Shown: positions 17,572 to 25,905 of the stretch, piece after piece
Numbering within the stretch: the first letter of the stretch is position 1
Layout: every line of letters starts with the position of its first letter
Assembly: GCA_965262815.1 (NCBI GenBank)
Contig: OZ253560.1
Coordinates: 2,868,582 to 2,932,581 of the forward strand
Length of the DNA: 64,000 nt
Reading direction: 5' to 3'
DNA from: a bacterium
GTDB lineage: Bacteria > JAAXHH01
The notes under the pieces: model-generated
Databases searched by the model: none
Seen by the model: the letters and a program-made list of their open reading frames with translations, nothing else
Told to the model about the DNA's origin: nothing
Position numbers and translations under genes: made by a program

Positions 17572-20500
17572 ATGAACATCGTTGACTTCGCCATTCGCAA
17601 GCCCGTCACCATCACGATGCTGGTGCTGGCGGCCCTGATTTTCGGATACGTGTCCTTCCAGCGCCTGACGGTCAACCTCCTTCCGGACATCTCCTATCCA
17701 TCGCTGACCGTACGCACGGAGTACGAAGGCGCCGCTCCCCAGGAGATCGAAAACCTCGTTTCACGGCGGGTCGAAGAAGCCGTGGGAGTCATTGCCGGAC
17801 TGGTCGAAATCAGTTCCGTCTCCCGGGCCGGCATGTCCGACGTGGTGCTCGAATTCGACTGGGACACGGACATGAACCTGGCGATCATGGACGTGCGCGA
17901 ACGGGTGGACCGCGTATTTCTACCGGAGGATGCCGAAAGGCCGCTACTGCTTCGCTACAATCCCGAACTCGACCCCATCATGCGACTGGGTCTGTCCGGG
18001 GAGGACCTGATCCAGCTTCGAAACCTGGCGGACTGGGAAATCCGAAGGCAGTTGGAGACTATACCCGGTGTGGCCTCGGTGCGCATGAAGGGCGGACTGG
18101 TCGAAGAGATCCAGGTTGAAATCGACGAGGCACAGTTGACGCGGCTGGGCCTCACCTTCGAGCAGATCAACCGACGGCTCGCCGATGAAAACATCAACCA
18201 GGCCGGTGGGCAGCTGCGGGAAGGCGACGAAGAACTGATCGTTCGCGCGGTCAACGAGTTCCAGACCGTCGAGGAAATCGGTGAGATCATCATCTCCAGC
18301 CGGGGAGAGGTGCCCGTCCGGCTGCACGACGTGGCCACCGTCCGCCGTCATTTCAAGGAACGCAAGACCCTCACGAGAATAAACGGCCGGGAAAGTGTCG
18401 AAATCTCCCTGTTCAAGGAAGCGGACGCCAATACGGTTACCGTGGCCCGCGCGATCAAGGAAAGGCTTGGGGACGTTACGACAGGCGAAGAGGAAGAGGT
18501 CCCTGTTGAAAAGGAAGGCGCAACCACCGGTGAATCGGAAAAACCGGCCGGCGGGGGAGCGGAAGTATCAACCGCCGATCCAGAGAACAATTTAACCGCG
18601 GATGGAACGCGCACGATCTCTGCGACCCTGCCCGAAGGCGTCTCGCTGTATCTCGTATCGGACCAGTCCCGTTTCATCGAAAACGCCATCAACGAGGTCA
18701 TTCGAACGGCGCAATGGGGCGGCGCACTGGCGATCCTGGTCCTGTTCCTGTTCCTGCGCAGCGTCAGAAGCACGCTCATCGTCGGTGTGGCCATACCTGT
18801 ATCGATCCTGATCACCTTCATCCTGATGTTCTTCAGCCAGACCTCGCTCAATATCATGTCTCTCGGCGGCCTGGCGCTTGGTGTCGGCATGCTGGTGGAC
18901 AACGCCATCGTGGTGCTTGAAAGCATATTCCGCTGCCGGGAGGAAGGCGACAACATCGTCGAGGCGGCCCGCCGGGGAGCATCCGAAGTGGGGATGGCCG
19001 TGACCGCGTCGACCCTCACCACCATCGCCGTGTTTTTCCCCATCGTCTTCATTGAAGGCATCGCCGGCCAGATCTTCACCGACCAGGCCCTGACCGTCAC
19101 CTTCGCCCTGCTGGCCTCCCTGGCCGTGGCGCTGACCTTCATACCCATGATGGCCTCGCGGGAGGGCGGGTTGGACAGCGTGGCGGGTGATGGCCTCTGG
19201 GTGCAGTCGACCTTTCGAGATTTCAGGCAGTCCCCGGCTGAAGAACGTCGGGGCACGATAAAGTGGTTCGCCCGCAGGTTTCGGGTCGACGCGGGACGGT
19301 GGTTCGTGGAGACCTTTCCCGGCCTGAAGTGGTTCGGGGAAACGGCCGGAGAATACCGTAAACGGCGAGGGGACATTCCGCCTTCGCGGGCGTGTTGGGT
19401 GGGACTCTTCCCCGTGTACCTGGAAAGCAGGTTCTTCGTGCTGTCGTGGCGCTGGCTGCGGGAATGCGTGAGACACGGAGGGACGACGGGTACGGACACC
19501 ACGAACAGGTGGCTCCGTGCGGTCTCGGCGATTCCGCGCTGGTTCTTCATTTTCCTGTTCCGATTGGTCCTGCCCTTTTACCAGCTTGTCCGTTTCCTGG
19601 TCGGCAGCACGTTGAAAATCCTTTTCACGATCGTACCGAACCTGCTGTTGACAGTGCTGGTTCCCGTGTGGTTTATCCTGCGGGGGCTTGCCTGGGTGCT
19701 GGGCAAGGTATTCCAACCGGTGCTGTACGTTTTCAACCGGGGACTCGACAGATGCCAGACACTGTACGTGTCCGTGCTCACCCAAGCGCTCCATCACCGG
19801 GCTGCGACGCTGCTTGCGGCGGCGGCGATTGTCGGGACTTCCGCGATACTCATTCCCCGCCTGGGCACGGAACTGATCCCCGAGCTGGAGCAGGGTGAAT
19901 TCGTGGTGGATCTCATCCTGCCCACCGGCACGCCGCTGGCGACAACCGATGCGATGGCGACGATGATCGAATCCTTGATTCGTGAAGATCCGGGCGTGGA
20001 ACAGGTTTATGTCGTGGTGGGCGCGATGGAGACCAGCGGCACGCTCGTCGAGGAAGAGCGCGAGAACGTGGCGCGTGTGTCGGTCATGCTCAACCTGAAC
20101 GCATCCAGAGAGACCGGCAGCGACGCTGTCATGGACCGGCTGCGGTCCCGCCTGGTGGAGATTCCCGACGCCAGGGTCGAATTCGGCCGGCCGGCCCTGT
20201 TCAGTTTCAAAACGCCGCTGGAGGTCGAGATACGGGGCTACAACCTGAAGGATCTTCGCAGTGTCAGCGGACAGGTGGTTAGTGCCCTGGACGATGTGGA
20301 AGGCCTGCGGGATGTACGATCCCTGATGGAAGCGGGCCATCCCGAGGTCGTGGTCGTTTTCGACCGCGACCGCATGGCGGCCCTGGGTGTGGATATAGGA
20401 CAGGCGGCGGACGCGATCCGGAACAAGGTCCGCGGCAGCGTGGCCACCCGGTTTTCGGCGGGGGAACGGAAAATCGATATCCTGGTACGGGCAAGGGAGG

Positions 20501-21363
20501 AAGATCGAAAGCAGATCGCCCAGCTGAAGGCCCTGGCAGTCAACACGGGTGACCGTGGAAACCCGGAAGGGAGCGGGAGAACGCAGCGGAATACCTCGTC
20601 GGAAGATCCCGAATCAATAAATGCCTCGTCGTCCCAGCGCACGGGAGAACGCGGTCCCATTCTGCTCAACGCCGTGGCACGGGTCCACCTCGACGAGGGG
20701 CCGAGTGAAATCCGCCGGATCGACCAGCAGCGCGTAGCCCTCGTAACGGCCAATCTGACCGGCATCGACCTGGGAAGCGTGGCCGGTGATATGCAGGATA
20801 GACTGGACCGGATGGCTCTTCCCGAAGACTTTCGCATCGACCTGGGCGGCCAGTACAGGGAGATGACCATCGCGTCGCGCAGCATGTTGCTCGCCATCGC
20901 CATGGCCATGTTCCTGGTCTACCTGGTCATGGCGTCGCAATTCGAGTCGCTGCTGCACCCGTTCATCATCATGATTTCGTTCCTGCTTGCCCTGTCGGGC
21001 GTACTACTTACCCTGTATATACTGGACATTGCGATCAGCATCATCGTCCTCATCGGCATTATCATGCTGGCGGGTATCGTGGTCAACAACGCGATCGTGC
21101 TGGTGGACTACATAAACCAGTTGCGACGGCGGGGCATGGACCGGCTAGAGGCCGTCATCACGGCCGGCCGGGTCAGGCTTCGTCCGATTCTCATGACCAC
21201 GGCCACGACGATACTGGGGCTGCTGCCCCTGGCGCTGGGCCTGGGCGAAGGCGCCGAAATACGTACACCCCTCGCCATAACGGTCATCGCCGGACTGATC
21301 GCGTCAACCTTTCTGACCCTCATCGTGATTCCGACGATTTACACGGTCCTGGATCGCAAATAG
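17572..21363 (+). CDS. RND efflux permease (HAE1/AcrB-like) with a roughly 230-aa insertion after TM6
   Basis: 1263 aa. AcrB/AcrD/AcrF family motifs occur throughout. An extra amphipathic/hydrophobic segment at about aa 520-760 is not present in canonical AcrB. Confidence 0.9.
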   Translation: MNIVDFAIRKPVTITMLVLAALIFGYVSFQRLTVNLLPDISYPSLTVRTEYEGAAPQEIENLVSRRVEEAVGVIAGLVEISSVSRAGMSDVVLEFDWDTDMNLAIMDVRERVDRVFLPEDAERPLLLRYNPELDPIMRLGLSGEDLIQLRNLADWEIRRQLETIPGVASVRMKGGLVEEIQVEIDEAQLTRLGLTFEQINRRLADENINQAGGQLREGDEELIVRAVNEFQTVEEIGEIIISSRGEVPVRLHDVATVRRHFKERKTLTRINGRESVEISLFKEADANTVTVARAIKERLGDVTTGEEEEVPVEKEGATTGESEKPAGGGAEVSTADPENNLTADGTRTISATLPEGVSLYLVSDQSRFIENAINEVIRTAQWGGALAILVLFLFLRSVRSTLIVGVAIPVSILITFILMFFSQTSLNIMSLGGLALGVGMLVDNAIVVLESIFRCREEGDNIVEAARRGASEVGMAVTASTLTTIAVFFPIVFIEGIAGQIFTDQALTVTFALLASLAVALTFIPMMASREGGLDSVAGDGLWVQSTFRDFRQSPAEERRGTIKWFARRFRVDAGRWFVETFPGLKWFGETAGEYRKRRGDIPPSRACWVGLFPVYLESRFFVLSWRWLRECVRHGGTTGTDTTNRWLRAVSAIPRWFFIFLFRLVLPFYQLVRFLVGSTLKILFTIVPNLLLTVLVPVWFILRGLAWVLGKVFQPVLYVFNRGLDRCQTLYVSVLTQALHHRAATLLAAAAIVGTSAILIPRLGTELIPELEQGEFVVDLILPTGTPLATTDAMATMIESLIREDPGVEQVYVVVGAMETSGTLVEEERENVARVSVMLNLNASRETGSDAVMDRLRSRLVEIPDARVEFGRPALFSFKTPLEVEIRGYNLKDLRSVSGQVVSALDDVEGLRDVRSLMEAGHPEVVVVFDRDRMAALGVDIGQAADAIRNKVRGSVATRFSAGERKIDILVRAREEDRKQIAQLKALAVNTGDRGNPEGSGRTQRNTSSEDPESINASSSQRTGERGPILLNAVARVHLDEGPSEIRRIDQQRVALVTANLTGIDLGSVAGDMQDRLDRMALPEDFRIDLGGQYREMTIASRSMLLAIAMAMFLVYLVMASQFESLLHPFIIMISFLLALSGVLLTLYILDIAISIIVLIGIIMLAGIVVNNAIVLVDYINQLRRRGMDRLEAVITAGRVRLRPILMTTATTILGLLPLALGLGEGAEIRTPLAITVIAGLIASTFLTLIVIPTIYTVLDRK

Positions 21364-21425
21364 TCAGACCTGTCAGACTCAACCCGTGATCGCTTCGTAC
21401 CGCGGTCACCCATGCCGAGTCACCT

Positions 21426-24400
21426 ATGTTCAGCTTTCTATCACCTGACAACTGGACCGCCTTCGCCTTCCGGCGACCCGTGACCGTATTCATGGTCCTG
21501 GTGAGCGCGATCCTGTTCGGCGCAATATCCTTTCGACTTCTCCCGCTGGAATTCGTACCGGCGCGGGATGGGACGTGGATGAACGTCTGGGTTCCCTATC
21601 CCAATTCCACGCCCGAAGACAATGTGCATCTCATCGCCAGACCGCTGGAAGGTGAATTGAAGACCTTGCGGGGCCTACGCCGCGTCGAATCCAACGCGCG
21701 TACCAACGGGGTAAACGCCAACCTTATTTTCGAACCCGATACCGACATGAAACTGGCTTACGTGGAGGTCCGGGACCGCGTGGAACGGGTCCGGCCTTCG
21801 CTGCCGGACGAAATCGATCGGATCTGGGTCCGGAAGTTCTCCAGTACCGATATCCCCGTCATGTTCCTCTCGCTGTCATGGCACGGAGACCAGGAAGCGT
21901 TGTACCAGGTCGTCGACGAACAGCTTCGTCCCCGGATCGAACGGATCGACGGCATAGCGGGTATCGATGCGTGGGGATCGCGCGCGCGGCAGGTTATCAT
22001 CGATTTGGACGAAGACCTGCTCAAGGCGTACAGGGTGAACGCGGAACAATTCGTTAACGCCATGGAGCAGGCCAACATGGATTCTCCGGGCGGATACGTG
22101 GAAGACGGCGGTTTCCGCTATATCATCAGGCTTACAGGCGCTTTCGAATCCGTGGAGGACATCCAGGGATTCCCCATCAATGACCGGGGACTCCGGCTCA
22201 GCGACGTCGCCCAGGTGTCTTACCGGAAGCCCACGGTCCGTCGCCGGTTCCGCCTTAACGGCCAGGACGCCGTCGGGATGGTCATCCGCAAGGAATCCAA
22301 CGCCAATACCGTGGAAGTCTCCGCGGCGGTGAAGACCACGCTCGACGACCTGACCCGGGATCCCCGGTGGCCCGGACTGTCCTATTACGTCTACTTCGAG
22401 CAGTCATCCTGGATTCTGAGTTCCCTCAAAGCGCTAGGAACAGCCGGCATGTGGGGTGGCCTGTTCGCCCTGGGCGTCCTGTTTTTCTTTCTAAGAAAAT
22501 ACCGGACGACCTTCATCATAGCCGCGTCCATCCCCGCTTCCATCCTGGTGACGTTTACCGTCATGTATTTTATCAATGCCCGTTACCAGATCCTGTCTCT
22601 CAATCTCATTTCGCTCATGGGGCTGATGCTCGGAATAGGCATGCTGGTGGACAACGCCGTGGTGGTACTGGAGAACATCGTCAGACTGCGCCGTCAGGGC
22701 CTGGAACCCGTAGATGCGGCCATACAGGGCGCCCGCGAAGTATCGGTGGCCGTTAGCGCAGCCACGATGACGACGGCCATTGTGTTTCTGCCCCTGCTTT
22801 TTATCGGAGGCGGAGGCGCCCAGACGGAGATGAGAGAACTGGGGTTGGTCATTACCATATCGCTGATCTCGTCCCTGGTGATGTCGCTCACATTCATTCC
22901 GCTGCTGGCGTCCCGGTTGCTGAAGGACGGGCTTCCTCCGAACATCGGATTACTGGAAGCGCTGGAGCGCCGATACGCCGAGGTGATCGGGTGGGTGTTG
23001 AACCATCGTTTCGACGTGGCGCTCATCCTGGCGGGATTCATCGCACTCACCATTTACCTGCCGATGAGCAGGGTCACGCTTGACAATTCGTCTTCGGACC
23101 CGCGTCGGGTCTGGATGTATATCGAACCCGGTCAGTTCGCCGACATGGCAGAAACCGAGCGCTTTACGGTCGACCTGGAAAACCAGTGGCTTGCCGCGGC
23201 AGATACGTTGAACATCAAGGCCGTTCGATCGGATTTTCGTCCCAGTCGAATATGGTTCGAGGTCTATCTCAAAAGCGGACAGGACGATTCTGTCTGGGAG
23301 GGTCTGAGCCAAAGGGCAAAGCAACCGTGGATATGGGTCTCACTCGCGGTATGCGCCTGCCTGCTGATCGTATTCAGGAGAAAGCCCTACGCTTTTCAAA
23401 CCCTCGCCGTTATTACTGCGTTGTACGTGGCCATACTGGTGATTCTCGGCACCCAGGGCGGCGCGGAATCCTACCGGTCATCGGAAGAAGTGGCCAAGAT
23501 CATCCGAAAGACCATTCCCGAGATACCGGGGCTGGTTGTGAAATGGAGATGGGGAGAGGGCGGCGAGGAAGATCCAAGGGTCAGCATCGCCCTGAGCGGC
23601 GAAGATCCCAGGCGTCTCGAACAGATCGCCGAGGACGTGAACGCGCGCTTGAGCCAACTGCCCGAAATCACGACGATCACCACCGACCTCGACAACGAGG
23701 AGACGCAGAACGAGGTTCAGGTAACGGTTGACCGCGAGCTGTCCGGCAAATTCGGCCTGACGCCTCGCCGTATCGCCGATATGACGCTGTCGGGCATCCG
23801 GGGCAACGAACTGAAACGGTTGAAAACGGAGGATCGGGAGATTCGGGTCTGGTTGCAAACGATGGAGGAAGACCGGGAAACCGTCCACCAGCTTCGGGAC
23901 CAGGCGGTCTACCTGGACGATGGAACGCAACTGCCCCTGGCCACCATGGCGAGTTTCACCCAGACCCCCGCGTTCAGGACCATCTTCCGGCGGGACGGCG
24001 AGACCATCCTGATGGTCCGGGCCAACACCACGACCGAGGGCATTGAGACGCTCGGGGGAAAAATCAGCGGCAGCCTGGCGGACCTGTCCCTGCCCAGGGG
24101 ATACTCATGGCGGCTGGGAGATCGCTGGGAACAACTGGATGAAGACACCGCCGCCATGTTCACGGCGATCATTCTCGCGCTGGTTGCGGTACTGCTGCTT
24201 CTGGGATCCCTATTCGAATCCTATATCGACCCCCTCATCATCATCCTCGTATCCATTCCATTCGCGTATTTCGGATGCTACTGGATGCTGTGGGCCACCG
24301 GCACCAATATGTCGGTGCTCGCACTCATCGGCGTGGTGATCCTGGTCGGTGTAGTGGTCAACAATGCCATTGTGTTCATCGACCACATCAAGCACCTGGA

Positions 24401-24689
24401 GCGGGAGGGTCGATTGAAGGGCCGTGAGTTAATCATTCAAGCGGGTCGCGACCGTCTGCGCCCGATCCTGATGACGGCGCTGACGACCATGCTCGGCCTG
24501 CTGCCCATGGCCATCGGCAACGCCTCCCTGGGCGACCAGCCCTACTATCCCATGGGCCGTTCCGTGATGGGGGGCCTGATCTTTTCCACCATCGGCGCCA
24601 TGATCGCGCTTCCCCTGGTCTACAGCGCCTTCGAAGACCTCAGGACCTGGTGGCGGGGCATAGTTGCCAGGGTTCGCCATCCAGCCTGA
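21426..24689 (+). CDS. RND efflux permease (HAE1/AcrB-like), second permease of an MdtBC-like tandem pair
   Basis: 1087 aa. 12-TM with two large periplasmic loops. Confidence 0.9.
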   Translation: MFSFLSPDNWTAFAFRRPVTVFMVLVSAILFGAISFRLLPLEFVPARDGTWMNVWVPYPNSTPEDNVHLIARPLEGELKTLRGLRRVESNARTNGVNANLIFEPDTDMKLAYVEVRDRVERVRPSLPDEIDRIWVRKFSSTDIPVMFLSLSWHGDQEALYQVVDEQLRPRIERIDGIAGIDAWGSRARQVIIDLDEDLLKAYRVNAEQFVNAMEQANMDSPGGYVEDGGFRYIIRLTGAFESVEDIQGFPINDRGLRLSDVAQVSYRKPTVRRRFRLNGQDAVGMVIRKESNANTVEVSAAVKTTLDDLTRDPRWPGLSYYVYFEQSSWILSSLKALGTAGMWGGLFALGVLFFFLRKYRTTFIIAASIPASILVTFTVMYFINARYQILSLNLISLMGLMLGIGMLVDNAVVVLENIVRLRRQGLEPVDAAIQGAREVSVAVSAATMTTAIVFLPLLFIGGGGAQTEMRELGLVITISLISSLVMSLTFIPLLASRLLKDGLPPNIGLLEALERRYAEVIGWVLNHRFDVALILAGFIALTIYLPMSRVTLDNSSSDPRRVWMYIEPGQFADMAETERFTVDLENQWLAAADTLNIKAVRSDFRPSRIWFEVYLKSGQDDSVWEGLSQRAKQPWIWVSLAVCACLLIVFRRKPYAFQTLAVITALYVAILVILGTQGGAESYRSSEEVAKIIRKTIPEIPGLVVKWRWGEGGEEDPRVSIALSGEDPRRLEQIAEDVNARLSQLPEITTITTDLDNEETQNEVQVTVDRELSGKFGLTPRRIADMTLSGIRGNELKRLKTEDREIRVWLQTMEEDRETVHQLRDQAVYLDDGTQLPLATMASFTQTPAFRTIFRRDGETILMVRANTTTEGIETLGGKISGSLADLSLPRGYSWRLGDRWEQLDEDTAAMFTAIILALVAVLLLLGSLFESYIDPLIIILVSIPFAYFGCYWMLWATGTNMSVLALIGVVILVGVVVNNAIVFIDHIKHLEREGRLKGRELIIQAGRDRLRPILMTALTTMLGLLPMAIGNASLGDQPYYPMGRSVMGGLIFSTIGAMIALPLVYSAFEDLRTWWRGIVARVRHPA

Positions 24690-24706
24690 CGGCTGTTATT
24701 CTGCGC

Positions 24707-24727
24707 CTTCCATACTGTCAATGGAAG
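24707..24727. terminator. 7-bp perfect stem hairpin (CTTCCAT-actgtca-ATGGAAG) between convergent genes; possible bidirectional terminator (no U-tract)
   Basis: Seen directly between the RND stop (24689) and the PhyH stop (24777). Confidence 0.3.
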
Positions 24728-24776
24728 ACGAACAACCTCGTACGACCCCGGCACAAAACTGATCCGGCTAAAACGT

Positions 24777-25553
24777 CTACTGACCTGGCTCGACAAGCCC
24801 ATCGATCAGGCCCCGGATCCGGGGGCTTTTGCTGTTGCAAAAGGCCGCGTGGGGCCGGAAAACGTCCGGAGCGCCGTCCCGCATCATGGCCAGGTGGTGC
24901 TCCGTGCGAGGCCGTGGGCCGAACTTGAACACGATCACCCGACGTTTCCCCGCCTTGCGGTATACCGCGTGATACAGCCACTGGTTGAACAGGACGATGT
25001 CGCCCGGTTCGGTTTCGATAGCACAGCCGGGAATCTGGGGTCCCTCCACGCCGAAGCAACGGTCATCGCCGTTGTAATGGGCGTCCTGCAATGGCATGAG
25101 CGCCTGGTGAAAAGGATCCCGGTGGGAGCCGGGAATGACCCTCAGCGCGCCGTTGTCCCTTCGCTGCGGATCGAGGTACAGCATGACCTTGGTTCGCGGG
25201 TAATCGAGATGCTGTGACGTCTTGTATCCGTCGAAATGCCAGCTGTGGTCGGCCAGCTTCGGATCGATCCCCCACATGCCCTCCGATCCGATCCAGATGA
25301 GATCCTCGCCCAGGAGTTCCATCATGGGCAGGTAGATCCTGTCGTCTTCCACCAGCTCCAGTAGTTCCGGGCTTTCCTCGATGAATCCGGGCTTCCAAAG
25401 CCACTCTTCTTCGCCGATGTCGCGGCCGAGTTTCCTCGCGCACGCCACGGCGGCCTCACGGATCAGCACCCCTACCTCGTCCCTGGTGAAGGCCCGGCGG
25501 ATGACCAGGTATCCGAAGGTGTGGAAATGGGCGATCTGGCCGCTGGACAACAT
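24777..25553 (-). CDS. Phytanoyl-CoA dioxygenase (PhyH) family oxygenase
   Basis: HSWHFDGY...RVIPGSHRDP... Start set at MLSSGQIAHF because the GGAGGA RBS sits inside the track's N-terminal extension. Confidence 0.8.
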   Translation of the reverse strand: MLSSGQIAHFHTFGYLVIRRAFTRDEVGVLIREAAVACARKLGRDIGEEEWLWKPGFIEESPELLELVEDDRIYLPMMELLGEDLIWIGSEGMWGIDPKLADHSWHFDGYKTSQHLDYPRTKVMLYLDPQRRDNGALRVIPGSHRDPFHQALMPLQDAHYNGDDRCFGVEGPQIPGCAIETEPGDIVLFNQWLYHAVYRKAGKRRVIVFKFGPRPRTEHHLAMMRDGAPDVFRPHAAFCNSKSPRIRGLIDGLVEPGQ

Positions 25554-25709
25554 GGGGGCTCCTCCTGCCATATGCGTAAGGGCATCGGATGCGGAGGAAA
25601 GTATCTGAACTTTACTTGCGAGATATACCGGTACTTTCCGACTATGTAGATCAGATAGCTGTATTTCTTTTATTTCGAAAAGGCGGCAGTGTTGAACCGC
25701 AATTCGTGG

Positions 25710-25901
25710 ATGGATACGACCATTAAGGCGGCACTGATTGGGGTTGCAGTCCTGATGTACTTGGACTTGAAAGTCGAGATACGGGACTTGGGAAACAAAA
25801 TCGACAGAGTGGAAACGAAGGTCGATGAAGTCCGGGGATATCTCAAGTTCAATGCTGCCGCTCCCAACATGGAGTCGCCCGCCGCGGACCCCGAGAAGTA
25901 G
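25710..25901 (+). CDS. Hypothetical small protein (one TM + coiled-coil) in a low-GC spacer
   Basis: MDTTIKAALIGVAVLMYLDLKVEIRDLGNKIDRVETKVDEVRGYLKF. Weak evidence; the region is locally AT-rich and sits between two minus-strand genes. Confidence 0.3.
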   Translation: MDTTIKAALIGVAVLMYLDLKVEIRDLGNKIDRVETKVDEVRGYLKFNAAAPNMESPAADPEK

Positions 25902-25905
25902 CCTT

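Noticed and set aside
18348-20340. 400-aa and 582-aa minus-strand ORFs opposite RND permease 1
   Set aside because: Antisense to a 1263-aa RND gene with family motifs throughout.
24810-24826. Palindrome GCCCCGGATCCGGGGGC followed by TTTTG
   Set aside because: Lies inside the 3' coding end of the PhyH gene (24777..25553), so it is not an intergenic terminator. The nearby 24707-24727 hairpin is the better terminator candidate.
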